64,000 bases of DNA, taken from an uncultured Acidobacteriota bacterium. GTDB lineage: Bacteria; Acidobacteriota; Terriglobia; Terriglobales; Acidobacteriaceae. Below, piece by piece: positions 54,027 through 62,381 of the stretch. The position numbers and the translations under genes were made by a program. The notes beneath the pieces were generated by a model. The model saw nothing but the letters and a program-made list of their open reading frames with translations. It was not told the DNA's origin and ran no database searches. The first letter of the stretch is position 1, and each line of letters opens with the position of its first letter. The DNA is taken from NCBI GenBank assembly GCA_903832295.1, contig CAILAZ010000227.1, positions 12,998-76,997 on the forward strand. The letters are read 5' to 3'.

Positions 54027-55193
54027 ATGCTGAAACCTCTCCTCCATTCTGTGGCGTATCTGTCTGCACTGCTTTCCTTGTGCGGGTTGGGATATCTTGC
54101 ACTCTCGCTCTGGAGCGAGTGGAGATTCATCGTCCGCAGGCGTGAATACACGCGCATGCCGCAGACAACCTATGCGCCACCGATCAGCATTTTGAAACCC
54201 CTGCGTGGTACTGACAGGCAGATGTATGAGGGTCTTCGCTCCCATTGTCTCCAGGATTATCCGCGATACGAGATCATCTTTGGAGTGAACGATGCCAGCG
54301 AGGAAGCGGTGGCTGAGGTTGAAAAGCTTCGCCATGAGTTTCCGGAGTGCGCAATCCGGCTTGTCATTTGTCCCGAACCGCTTGGAACAAATCGCAAGGT
54401 CAGCAATCTCTCGCAAATGCTGCGTGAGGCAAAGTACGACCACATCGTTATCAATGATAGCGATATTCGCGTGCCATACGACTATCTGCGCCGGATCGTC
54501 GCTCCGATGCAAGACCAGAAGGTCGGACTGGTAACGGCCCTCTATCGCGCCGAGGCTGGTCAGGGTATTGCATCCCGCGTTGAGGCCATCACCATCGCCA
54601 CCGATTTTGCCGGAGGCGTCCTATGTGCCATGCAAATTGAGGATGGGTTGCACTTCGGACTAGGCTCAACGCTCGCTTTTCCGCGGAGGGCCGCCTCCGC
54701 TATTGGAGGACTGGAAGCACTGCTTGACTACCTTGCAGACGATCATGAATTGGGAAGGATGATCTCTAAGGCCGGGTTCAAGGTAGTGCTCTCCGATGTA
54801 GTTGTGGAGACATTCTTGCCGGATTACAACTTCAAAGCCATGTTCGAGCACCAGTTGCGATGGGCCCGCACCGTGCGCGATCTCCGCAAGATCGGCTACA
54901 TCGGAGTGCTGTTGACCTTTGGGCTTCCGTGGGCGATGGTAGCGGCGGCATGTGCAGGCGGAGCACTGTGGTCTCTTGTTTTGCTGGGTGCGGTGGCCTC
55001 GATGCGGTTCGCCTCGGGGTACCTGCTCAGCGGTCCGATCCTGAATTCCAGAAAAGCAATTCGGGACCTGTGGCTCATCCCTTTACGCGATCTAGTGGGA
55101 GTTGCGGTCTGGTTTGCGAGCTTTGCCGGGGACACCATAGTGTGGCGCGGAGAAAAGTTCCATCTGAAAGACGGACGGCTAAGGCGAGTGTAG
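54027..55193 (+). CDS. GT21/GT2 glycosyltransferase (ceramide-glucosyltransferase / HpnI-like)
   Basis: 388 aa: ISILKPLRG, DSD, and (Q/R)xxRW as QLRWARTV. TM helices at both ends. Confidence 0.75.
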   Translation: MLKPLLHSVAYLSALLSLCGLGYLALSLWSEWRFIVRRREYTRMPQTTYAPPISILKPLRGTDRQMYEGLRSHCLQDYPRYEIIFGVNDASEEAVAEVEKLRHEFPECAIRLVICPEPLGTNRKVSNLSQMLREAKYDHIVINDSDIRVPYDYLRRIVAPMQDQKVGLVTALYRAEAGQGIASRVEAITIATDFAGGVLCAMQIEDGLHFGLGSTLAFPRRAASAIGGLEALLDYLADDHELGRMISKAGFKVVLSDVVVETFLPDYNFKAMFEHQLRWARTVRDLRKIGYIGVLLTFGLPWAMVAAACAGGALWSLVLLGAVASMRFASGYLLSGPILNSRKAIRDLWLIPLRDLVGVAVWFASFAGDTIVWRGEKFHLKDGRLRRV

Positions 55194-55229
55194 ATTCGGT
55201 CCACTGGAACGCAGTGAACTCACGCGAGC

Positions 55230-56507
55230 TCACTCAACAGCTTCGCTCCTGCGTTGAACTGGGGAAATCCGACCGCCGGAAGTAAAGCGGTAAAGCTCGC
55301 CCCTCCATCGGAAACTGCTGCCCCCCAGATAGCTGGCCATCCAAACAAAGAACCCAAGAAGGTCGCGCAACGGGTAAAGCCAACAAAGACGAAGTGCTCG
55401 TTGATCGCCAATAACCCCGTATCCGATGGAAACGCACTGTGCCATCCTGTTTAAGAGACTCCAAACGAAAAGAGCTGCGCCGAGACCCGAATGGCCAAGG
55501 GCGGTCGCGGCGACAAAGCCCAGGATGCCGTAAGGCACAGCAAAGGTGAGACCGGTCCCAAGATGTCCCAGCGGGCGAGAGTAGCGAGTGCTCTTCATCC
55601 AGCGTATCTGGGTTGAAATAGTAGTACTCAACGACTGTTCGCACAGAACGTGTGCCGCACGATAGTGCGAGAGCACAACCTGATATCCAGCGGCGTGTAC
55701 TTGATTGCCGAGGACGAAGTCATCCGAGTAGTACTCCGCCATCGAGGCAATACCGCCGATCTGTTCGAGCACCTCCCGGCGCATGGCCATTACACATCCG
55801 AGCGCAAATTTCATTCCCTCCAGCATGTCAGCCGTAATGACCCCGGAAGCCATCTCCACTGACATACCCAGGGCTTCAAGGGACGACCAAATGCCACGCG
55901 CCGGCACGCCACGATAGAGGCAAGTGACCAACCCGTTCTTCGGCAGCAAGAGGGGAGGGATTACGTTGCGCAGAAAATCGGGGCTGACCAGAATGTCGCT
56001 GTCGCTGATGACCAGGTATGAGTGCTTCGCACCAGCAATCATCTTGTCGAGCGACCACACCTTGGCGCTGGGCCAATGGGGCGCTCCGGAGAGCACGACT
56101 CGCACAGGGATCCCAGGATAGCGTGCACGCAAACGCTCAACAATCACCAGCGCCGGATCCGCCGATGAACGGCAGCCAAAGACAATTTCGAATTCCGGAT
56201 AGTCCTGAAGAAAAAAGGTCTCGAGGTTCTCTTCCAGTTGGGGCTCAGCTCCGTGAAGCGGCTTGAGAATGGATACTGCCGGATGCAGGCGATCTGCCGG
56301 TTCAGCCATTCCCGCTTGCTGCGCGCGTGCCAGTTTGAGATTGCGAACTGCGGCCACGAATGCGATCCCAAGGAACGCGGTGGAGGATGCCGTGCCAATC
56401 ACCGCCACAAACAGGATCGCACGCCAAAACAGGGAGAGGCCTTCGCACGAGAGCAACACGCAGGTGGCTGCGGATTTCACGAGGTACGCAGTTGCCGAGA
56501 AGGTCAT
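55230..56507 (-). CDS. GT21/GT2 glycosyltransferase (second ceramide-glucosyltransferase / HpnI-like paralogue)
   Basis: 425 aa: VSILKPLHG, DSD, QIRWMKST. ATGA overlap with the upstream GT39 gene. Confidence 0.75.
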   Translation of the reverse strand: MTFSATAYLVKSAATCVLLSCEGLSLFWRAILFVAVIGTASSTAFLGIAFVAAVRNLKLARAQQAGMAEPADRLHPAVSILKPLHGAEPQLEENLETFFLQDYPEFEIVFGCRSSADPALVIVERLRARYPGIPVRVVLSGAPHWPSAKVWSLDKMIAGAKHSYLVISDSDILVSPDFLRNVIPPLLLPKNGLVTCLYRGVPARGIWSSLEALGMSVEMASGVITADMLEGMKFALGCVMAMRREVLEQIGGIASMAEYYSDDFVLGNQVHAAGYQVVLSHYRAAHVLCEQSLSTTISTQIRWMKSTRYSRPLGHLGTGLTFAVPYGILGFVAATALGHSGLGAALFVWSLLNRMAQCVSIGYGVIGDQRALRLCWLYPLRDLLGFFVWMASYLGGSSFRWRGELYRFTSGGRISPVQRRSEAVE

Positions 56508-58336
56508 AGATGATTGGCCAGAATCAGCTTACCCCCGCTTCGTGCAATTGTCCGATACCCCGTCCGTACCAGGAGGGCGGGAATTTCGCCTTGCGTAGTG
56601 AATACAAAGACTCGCCCGCGGCCCAGCCAGAGCCTGGAAAATGAAATGTCATCTTCGAAGACCGCAGGGGCGTCCGGAAAAAGTGAACCAAAGTATAGAT
56701 TTCCGTTTTCGCGCGAATTCAAGACATGCAAGGCAAGATGCCCGTAAAAATTGAGCGTCGATGCGTCTTCATAGGCGCCATTAATGACGATCACATCGTC
56801 AGCTCGATACATGGCTGCAACGGAGTCAGACAGTGTTCGCGACGAGAGAATGGGCGCGAAGGTGACCAGCGCCGAATGAACGCACTGCAGGGAAACTAAC
56901 ATCATCAGGGCCAGTGCAGCATTGGCCCCGCGCGCGCGATTCCAGCGCCGCAAAATCCAGTTCATCAGCGCGCCACCAGCCAGGGTCATTCCAAGCAACA
57001 GAAGTTCAGGTCGGAACATCCCCATGGCTCGCGGCGTCAGGTCGAAAATATGACCGAACGATAACGCGTATTCCGACGGGTTTCGCGTCAGCAGATCAGA
57101 GAGTTCACTCTGCGGCGGGACGCTCTGCGACAGCCATAGCATTCCAAGAACCGCCGCCGCCACCGGCACGGCTACGAGAAGAGTCACAAGCGCAATTCGC
57201 TTTCCAGCAATGCGGATCGGGGAGTCTGCCGGTGATCGTTGCTCCTCTGCAAGCCAGTTCCCGAGCAGCAGTGCCAGCGCTGGAAGTGCGGGGATTACGT
57301 AATATTCCTGGCGACTGCTGAAGCTGAAGAACCCGAGTACGACCACAATTGTGATTGCACAGAGCAACAGGGCGCGGCCACTTCGGCTGAGAGTTCCCCA
57401 TGACCTCCAACTGCGCGGCACCGCGGCAACCGCCTTGAAAGCGAATGCAGACCAGGGCAGGAGAAAGAGCAGGGCAAGCGTCCAGAAAAGCAAGAGCGGC
57501 ACGGTGTCATAGTCACGTGGAAATCTCTGGTTGATGTATCGGAGGAAATGTTCATTGACAAAGTAGAACCAGAAGAATCCGCGGGCCTGCCCTGCGGCGG
57601 GATTGCGCAATCCCGCGACGATGTGCCAGGGGGCCGCAATTGCAAGGAAGACTGCCAGACTCGAAACGAGCCGCATACGCAGGAGCAGGCGAAGGTTGCG
57701 GGTGAGCACAAGAAAAATGAGGACGGCGGCTGAAGGAAAGACCAGGCCAATCAGGCCCTTGGTAAGCACACCCAATGCGGCAGTTGCGGCCATTCCCCAA
57801 CATGCGGTAAGCGAAGGATATGGCTGGTCAACCGCCATGAGAAAACAGTGCAGACCCAGCACCAGCCAGAGAGCTACCAGGATGTCAGGAATCAGGATGC
57901 GGGTATATATATATGGACCGAATGACAGTCCCAGCACAAGTGCCGCATAATACCCAGCCGCCGTCGAGAAGTGATTTCTGCCGATGAAGAATGTAGAGAG
58001 AAGCAGGGCCAACACTCCCACCGCAAGCGGCACTCGCGCAGCCCAGTCTGTTGTCCCGAAGACCTCGTAGCTTGCGGCCATGCTCCAGTAGAGCAGCGGC
58101 GCTTTCTCAAGGTAGCGCAGGCCGTTGACGTAGAGCGTTGACCAGTCATGGCGAAGCATCATCTCGCGGGCTGCCTCGGCATGCACCGAGTCAGCGTCGT
58201 CAAGCAGCGGCGGCGACCATAGGCCTGGAACGTAAAGCAACAGCCATAGAAGAACGATGAGAGCCACGGAGTTCTTCGTGGTGAACGCTGGTAAGCGAGA
58301 TTCAGGGGAGGAGCTTGTTTGCTTTTCGTCCATCAC
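56504..58336 (-). CDS. GT39/GT83 (ArnT/PMT-like) lipid-carrier-dependent glycosyltransferase
   Basis: 610 aa, more than 10 TM helices, N-terminal DDADSVHAEAAREM loop typical of ArnT/PMT enzymes. GTG 58336 or ATG 58333 as start. Confidence 0.8.
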   Translation of the reverse strand: MMDEKQTSSSPESRLPAFTTKNSVALIVLLWLLLYVPGLWSPPLLDDADSVHAEAAREMMLRHDWSTLYVNGLRYLEKAPLLYWSMAASYEVFGTTDWAARVPLAVGVLALLLSTFFIGRNHFSTAAGYYAALVLGLSFGPYIYTRILIPDILVALWLVLGLHCFLMAVDQPYPSLTACWGMAATAALGVLTKGLIGLVFPSAAVLIFLVLTRNLRLLLRMRLVSSLAVFLAIAAPWHIVAGLRNPAAGQARGFFWFYFVNEHFLRYINQRFPRDYDTVPLLLFWTLALLFLLPWSAFAFKAVAAVPRSWRSWGTLSRSGRALLLCAITIVVVLGFFSFSSRQEYYVIPALPALALLLGNWLAEEQRSPADSPIRIAGKRIALVTLLVAVPVAAAVLGMLWLSQSVPPQSELSDLLTRNPSEYALSFGHIFDLTPRAMGMFRPELLLLGMTLAGGALMNWILRRWNRARGANAALALMMLVSLQCVHSALVTFAPILSSRTLSDSVAAMYRADDVIVINGAYEDASTLNFYGHLALHVLNSRENGNLYFGSLFPDAPAVFEDDISFSRLWLGRGRVFVFTTQGEIPALLVRTGYRTIARSGGKLILANHL

Positions 58337-58351
58337 AGGCTGCTGGAGCGT

Positions 58352-58666
58352 TCAGCTAAGGAGTTTCTGCAATTCCGTGAGGCGGAGTTTGCTGGTGGCG
58401 CCAAGATAACCTTTGCGCCGAAACCAGTCGGTCAGGCGATCCTCCAGCAGTTCCATGGGAACCCGCAACCCGATTTCCATCACCCCATCAGCAACCGGTA
58501 GAGTGTCGTCGAATATCTGGTCATTGGTAAAGCTGCGCATGGAAAAGTTGTCCAGCCATTTCAGCGGCACCGGGGCAGGAACGCCGGCATTGTCATATTC
58601 CACGCGAACTTTGCGGACGAACATATGCAAACAGTATAGAACCGCCGTCGAGAGATGGCGAACCAC
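58352..58666 (-). CDS. hypothetical protein
   Basis: 104-aa ORF between tyrS and the GT39 gene on the same strand; an internal ATG at 58624 is possible. No motif recognised. Confidence 0.4.
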   Translation of the reverse strand: MVRHLSTAVLYCLHMFVRKVRVEYDNAGVPAPVPLKWLDNFSMRSFTNDQIFDDTLPVADGVMEIGLRVPMELLEDRLTDWFRRKGYLGATSKLRLTELQKLLS

Positions 58667-58680
58667 CTCCCGACAACGCT

Positions 58681-59925
58681 CTAGGTGAGGCTGACCTTCT
58701 TCATCTTTCGACCAACGCGGAGGACAATCTCAACTGGAATTGCGGCTTCCAGATGCAGTTCCTTGTGCGATTCTCCGTTTACTTTTACCGATCCGGCCTT
58801 GATCTTTCGTTGAGCGTCGCTATTGGAGTCGGCAAGCCCCGCCTGGGCGATCAACTTGTCTAATTTGATTCTGAAATTTCCATCGGCGGCAGAGCCAACG
58901 TCCGATGCGTGGATCACCACCTCTTCCAGGTTTTCCGGCACCTCATCCTTCTGGAACTGTCGTGCCCAGTTGTCTTCGGCGGCTTCAGCCTCAGCCACAG
59001 AATGGAAGTCGGCGATGATGCGCTTGGCTAGGTCCTTTTTGGCTCGCATGGGGTGAAGTGCACCCGAGGAGACATCCGCCTTCCACTTCTCAATTTCCGC
59101 AATTGTAAAGTCCGTGAGCAGTTCATAATAGCGCCACATCAGCAGATCGCTGATCGACATGAGCTTTCCGAACATCTCCTGCGCTGTTTCAGTAATTCCT
59201 ACGTAGTTGCCGTAGGACTTAGACATCTTTCGCTCCCCGTCGAGACCTTCAAGCAGAGGCATCGTCAATACGATTTGCGGGGGGAATCCGTAATCCTGTT
59301 GCAGCTTTCGTCCCATCAACAGGTTGAACTTCTGGTCAGTGCCACCTAGTTCGACGTCGCATTCAAGGGCGACCGAGTCGTAGCCCTGCATCATCGGATA
59401 GAGAAGTTCGTGAACGCTGATCGGCTTTTCCTCGTTGAATCGCTTGTTGAAGTCCTCGCGCTCAAGCATTTGCGAAACGGTGAACTTCGCAGTCAAGCGC
59501 ACAAAGCCTTCATAGTTGAGTTTGAAAAGCCATTCGGTGTTGTAGCGTACCTCGGTCTTCTGCTCGTCCAATATCTTGAACACTTGTGCCTTGTAGGTTT
59601 CGGCATTGGCATCAAGTTGTTCTCGCGTAAGAGGCGGACGCGTGGCGTTGCGCCCAGTTGGGTCGCCGATCAGGCCTGTGCCGTCTCCTATGAGGAAGAT
59701 GACGGTATGGCCCAGATCCTGAAAATGCTTCAACTTTCGGATGAGCACCGTGTGGCCCAGGTGAAGGTCGGGAGCTGTTGGATCAAAGCCGGCTTTAATG
59801 CGCAGCGGTTTGCCGCTTTTGAAAGACTTCTCGAGGCGTTCACGCAGATCGCTCTCACGAATAATTTCGACCGAACCTTTGCGCAGGTAGGCCAGTTGCT
59901 CGTCAATGGGGCGGAATGAGGACAT
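58681..59925 (-). CDS. tyrS: tyrosine--tRNA ligase
   Basis: ORF 58681..60117 trimmed to ATG 59925 ([17 protein letters not shown]...). HIGH motif as HLGH, KMSKS, and a C-terminal S4 domain. Confidence 0.93.
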   Translation of the reverse strand: MSSFRPIDEQLAYLRKGSVEIIRESDLRERLEKSFKSGKPLRIKAGFDPTAPDLHLGHTVLIRKLKHFQDLGHTVIFLIGDGTGLIGDPTGRNATRPPLTREQLDANAETYKAQVFKILDEQKTEVRYNTEWLFKLNYEGFVRLTAKFTVSQMLEREDFNKRFNEEKPISVHELLYPMMQGYDSVALECDVELGGTDQKFNLLMGRKLQQDYGFPPQIVLTMPLLEGLDGERKMSKSYGNYVGITETAQEMFGKLMSISDLLMWRYYELLTDFTIAEIEKWKADVSSGALHPMRAKKDLAKRIIADFHSVAEAEAAEDNWARQFQKDEVPENLEEVVIHASDVGSAADGNFRIKLDKLIAQAGLADSNSDAQRKIKAGSVKVNGESHKELHLEAAIPVEIVLRVGRKMKKVSLT

Positions 59926-59997
59926 AGCATTGCAATTATAAGGTTTCGGAGATTCGGTCTTAGGAAGTTTCGGAACGGGTACTGCTATATTCAGCAG

Positions 59998-60432
59998 ATG
60001 CTGAAAGTTAAATTGCTCTCGCCTTCGGCCAAACCGCCCTCCATCGCTCATCCTGGCGAAGACTTGGGATACGACCTCTACGCGAGCGAATCCGTGACAA
60101 TTACGCCACGTGCACACGCCGTGGTAGCAACAGGGGTTGCGATGGAATTGACCAGTTCCAACGGAGATCCCTTGGGGGCGCTCTTGCGCGATAAATCCTC
60201 CATGGCCGCGCGTCGCCTGACCTGTACAGGAGGGGTGATTGACGCGGGGTACCGGGGTGAAATTCGAGTCATGATAGAAAACCTGGGTGATGAACCGGCC
60301 GAAATCCTTGCCGGGGATAAACTGGTAAACCTGATCCCCTATCCTGTGTTAACCACGCCAGTGGAGGTTGTAAACGATTTAGCGGCAAGCAACCGGGAGA
60401 CGGGAGGATTCGGGTCGAGCGGAAGAAAGTGA
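59998..60432 (+). CDS. dut: dUTP diphosphatase
   Basis: 144 aa: [10 protein letters not shown] and C-terminal GGFGSSG. Confidence 0.92.
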   Translation: MLKVKLLSPSAKPPSIAHPGEDLGYDLYASESVTITPRAHAVVATGVAMELTSSNGDPLGALLRDKSSMAARRLTCTGGVIDAGYRGEIRVMIENLGDEPAEILAGDKLVNLIPYPVLTTPVEVVNDLAASNRETGGFGSSGRK

Positions 60433-60616
60433 GTCGTCTCCCCGCGTTTCCAGTTCGTGCCGCGCTCTCTCGTTCCCAAACTCCGCTGCTGCAAGGTAAA
60501 ATTGATTGTTCGCCGTGGCTGGGTTCTCTTGCCAGGGCACGACCCGCCTGCCAGGATTGGTTTCGTCCGCCCCAGGCCAGAATTTTCGAGCAGAAAAGAT
60601 TGGAGCAACATCCGTC

Positions 60617-61177
60617 ATGGCGATTATTGCCACTCAAATGCGTCCGGGCATGATCATTAAGCACAACAACGAATTGCATTCGGTCTTCACCGTGGAACAC
60701 CGCACCCCCGGCAACCTGCGTGCATTCATCCAGGCCAAACTGCGCAACTTGCGCACCGGCGCGATGTTTGAGCATCGCTTCCGCTCCGGCGATGCCATTG
60801 AGAAGATAACCGTCGATGAAATAAAGATGGAGTACCTCTACAACGACGGGGACAATTATTTCTTCATGGATATTGAGAGCTACGAGCAGACAGCGTTAAA
60901 CCGCGACACCTTGGGCGATTCCGTGGACTACCTGACTCCGAATCTCCAGATCACGGTCGAGTTTTTTGACGGCAAGGCGGTTGGAATTGACCTTCCCCAA
61001 ACCGTGGAGCTCACAATCCTGGAGACCGAACCAGGGCTGAAGTCGGCTACGGCTTCCAGCGTTACCAAGCCGGCTAAGACCGAGACAGGACTGGTTGTGC
61101 AAGTTCCTCCATTTGTGAATGAGGGCGAGAAGATTCGCGTAGATACTGCCGAAGGCACGTACCTTTCCCGCGCATAA
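60617..61177 (+). CDS. efp: translation elongation factor P
   Basis: ORF 60506..61177 trimmed to ATG 60617 (MAIIATQMRPGMIIKHNNELHSVFTVEHRTPGNLRAFIQAKLRNLRTG...), 186 aa. Confidence 0.92.
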   Translation: MAIIATQMRPGMIIKHNNELHSVFTVEHRTPGNLRAFIQAKLRNLRTGAMFEHRFRSGDAIEKITVDEIKMEYLYNDGDNYFFMDIESYEQTALNRDTLGDSVDYLTPNLQITVEFFDGKAVGIDLPQTVELTILETEPGLKSATASSVTKPAKTETGLVVQVPPFVNEGEKIRVDTAEGTYLSRA

Positions 61178-61230
61178 ATGCTTGCATAGCCGTCATTTTC
61201 GCGGTGTGCAGTTCTCCATCAAGGAGTGCA

Positions 61231-61521
61231 ATGGCTTCCATCGAAGTATTTCGACGATATCTCGTGTCGGGCCGTGTGCAGGGCGTGGGTTTCCGCTGGT
61301 TTGTTGAGCGGGAAGCACGCTTGATCGGTGTTGGAGGATGGGTGCGCAATCGGGACGATGGCGCGGTGGAAGTGCTGGCTTCAGGAACAAATGAGCAGTT
61401 AGGCTCGCTTTACGAAAAGTTGAAAGAAGGACCGCGCGCCGCTCGCATCGACCTGGTCGAGGTGGATACCGCCGCTCCCTTCAGCGGATACAAGACATTT
61501 CAAATTGAAGAAACCCGGTGA
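61231..61521 (+). CDS. acyP: acylphosphatase
   Basis: ORF 61204..61521 trimmed to ATG 61231 (AAGGAG SD); [13 protein letters not shown] motif. Confidence 0.85.
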   Translation: MASIEVFRRYLVSGRVQGVGFRWFVEREARLIGVGGWVRNRDDGAVEVLASGTNEQLGSLYEKLKEGPRAARIDLVEVDTAAPFSGYKTFQIEETR

Positions 61522-61547
61522 TCACCTTGTCACAATCACAAACCGTG

Positions 61548-62075
61548 ATGGCCTCTGACGATCTAAAGAAACTTATCCGGGAGATTCCCGACTATCCTAA
61601 ACCGGGCATTCTCTTCTACGACATCACCACACTTATCAAGGACCGTGCGGGCTTCGCACGCGTCGTGGATTACATGACTTCACCTTACCTGGACAAGAAT
61701 ATTGACCTGGTCCTGGGAATGGAAGCGCGCGGGTTCATCTTCGGACCCGCAATGGCCTACCGCCTGAATGCCGGATTCATTCCGGTGCGCAAGCCCAAGA
61801 AGCTTCCCGGGGAGACCGTCAGCTACACCTACGATCTCGAGTACGGGACGGATACGTTGGAAATCCACAAGGACGCGATTCAACCCGGACAACGTGTGCT
61901 GATCGTCGATGATCTTCTGGCAACAGGAGGCACCGCCGAAGCTACAGCAAAACTCGCCACGAAGTTGGGCGCTGATATCTGCGGGCTCAGCTTTGTAGTG
62001 GAGCTGGACTTTCTCAATGGGCGCAAGCGTCTTGTCCCTTATGACGTGTTCTCCCTTTTGCACTACGACAAGTAA
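61548..62075 (+). CDS. apt: adenine phosphoribosyltransferase
   Basis: GTG-initiated ORF 61518..62075; the ATG at 61548 gives [27 protein letters not shown], the usual Apt N-terminus. PRPP motif [13 protein letters not shown]. Confidence 0.9.
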   Translation: MASDDLKKLIREIPDYPKPGILFYDITTLIKDRAGFARVVDYMTSPYLDKNIDLVLGMEARGFIFGPAMAYRLNAGFIPVRKPKKLPGETVSYTYDLEYGTDTLEIHKDAIQPGQRVLIVDDLLATGGTAEATAKLATKLGADICGLSFVVELDFLNGRKRLVPYDVFSLLHYDK

Positions 62076-62115
62076 ATCAGTCTCACATTCTTTGCGGCCC
62101 TAAGAGCCGCGGACG

Positions 62116-62137
62116 CCCCCACCTCCCCTGGTGGGGG
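62116..62137 (+). terminator. terminator-like hairpin after apt
   Basis: CCCCCACC (62116-62123), loop TCCCCT, GGTGGGGG (62130-62137), then TTCGCCTTT (weak U-run). Confidence 0.5.
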
Positions 62138-62381
62138 TTCGCCTTTGCATGGGGACAACGGGTGCCGGGGTCGCTCGTAAGCTATAGATTCAACGTGCCT
62201 GGAGCATGTCCCCCCAGGCAATAAGTTGGCCGGGAGGAGGAGTGCTCAAGTCCATCCATCACAAGCAGGAGTGAGGCTTGCCACAGACTCCTGTGCGCCC
62301 GCGCCAAATAATGCTTGCGGGGATGGCTCCGCCCCATGTTTTTTCGGTTGGCTGATCGCTTGCCGAATGGAGGTTACAGCA

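Noticed and set aside
59926-59997. A T-box leader upstream of tyrS
   Set aside because: The divergent spacer is only 72 nt, far too short for a T-box. It contains only a repeated GTTTCGGA octamer.
62138-62381. A riboswitch (e.g. Moco) or attenuator in the 240-nt leader of the formate dehydrogenase gene
   Set aside because: The only feature is a 5-bp bulged hairpin (about 62319-62333) followed, after CCATG, by a T6 run (62339-62344). I could not identify any conserved riboswitch core from memory.
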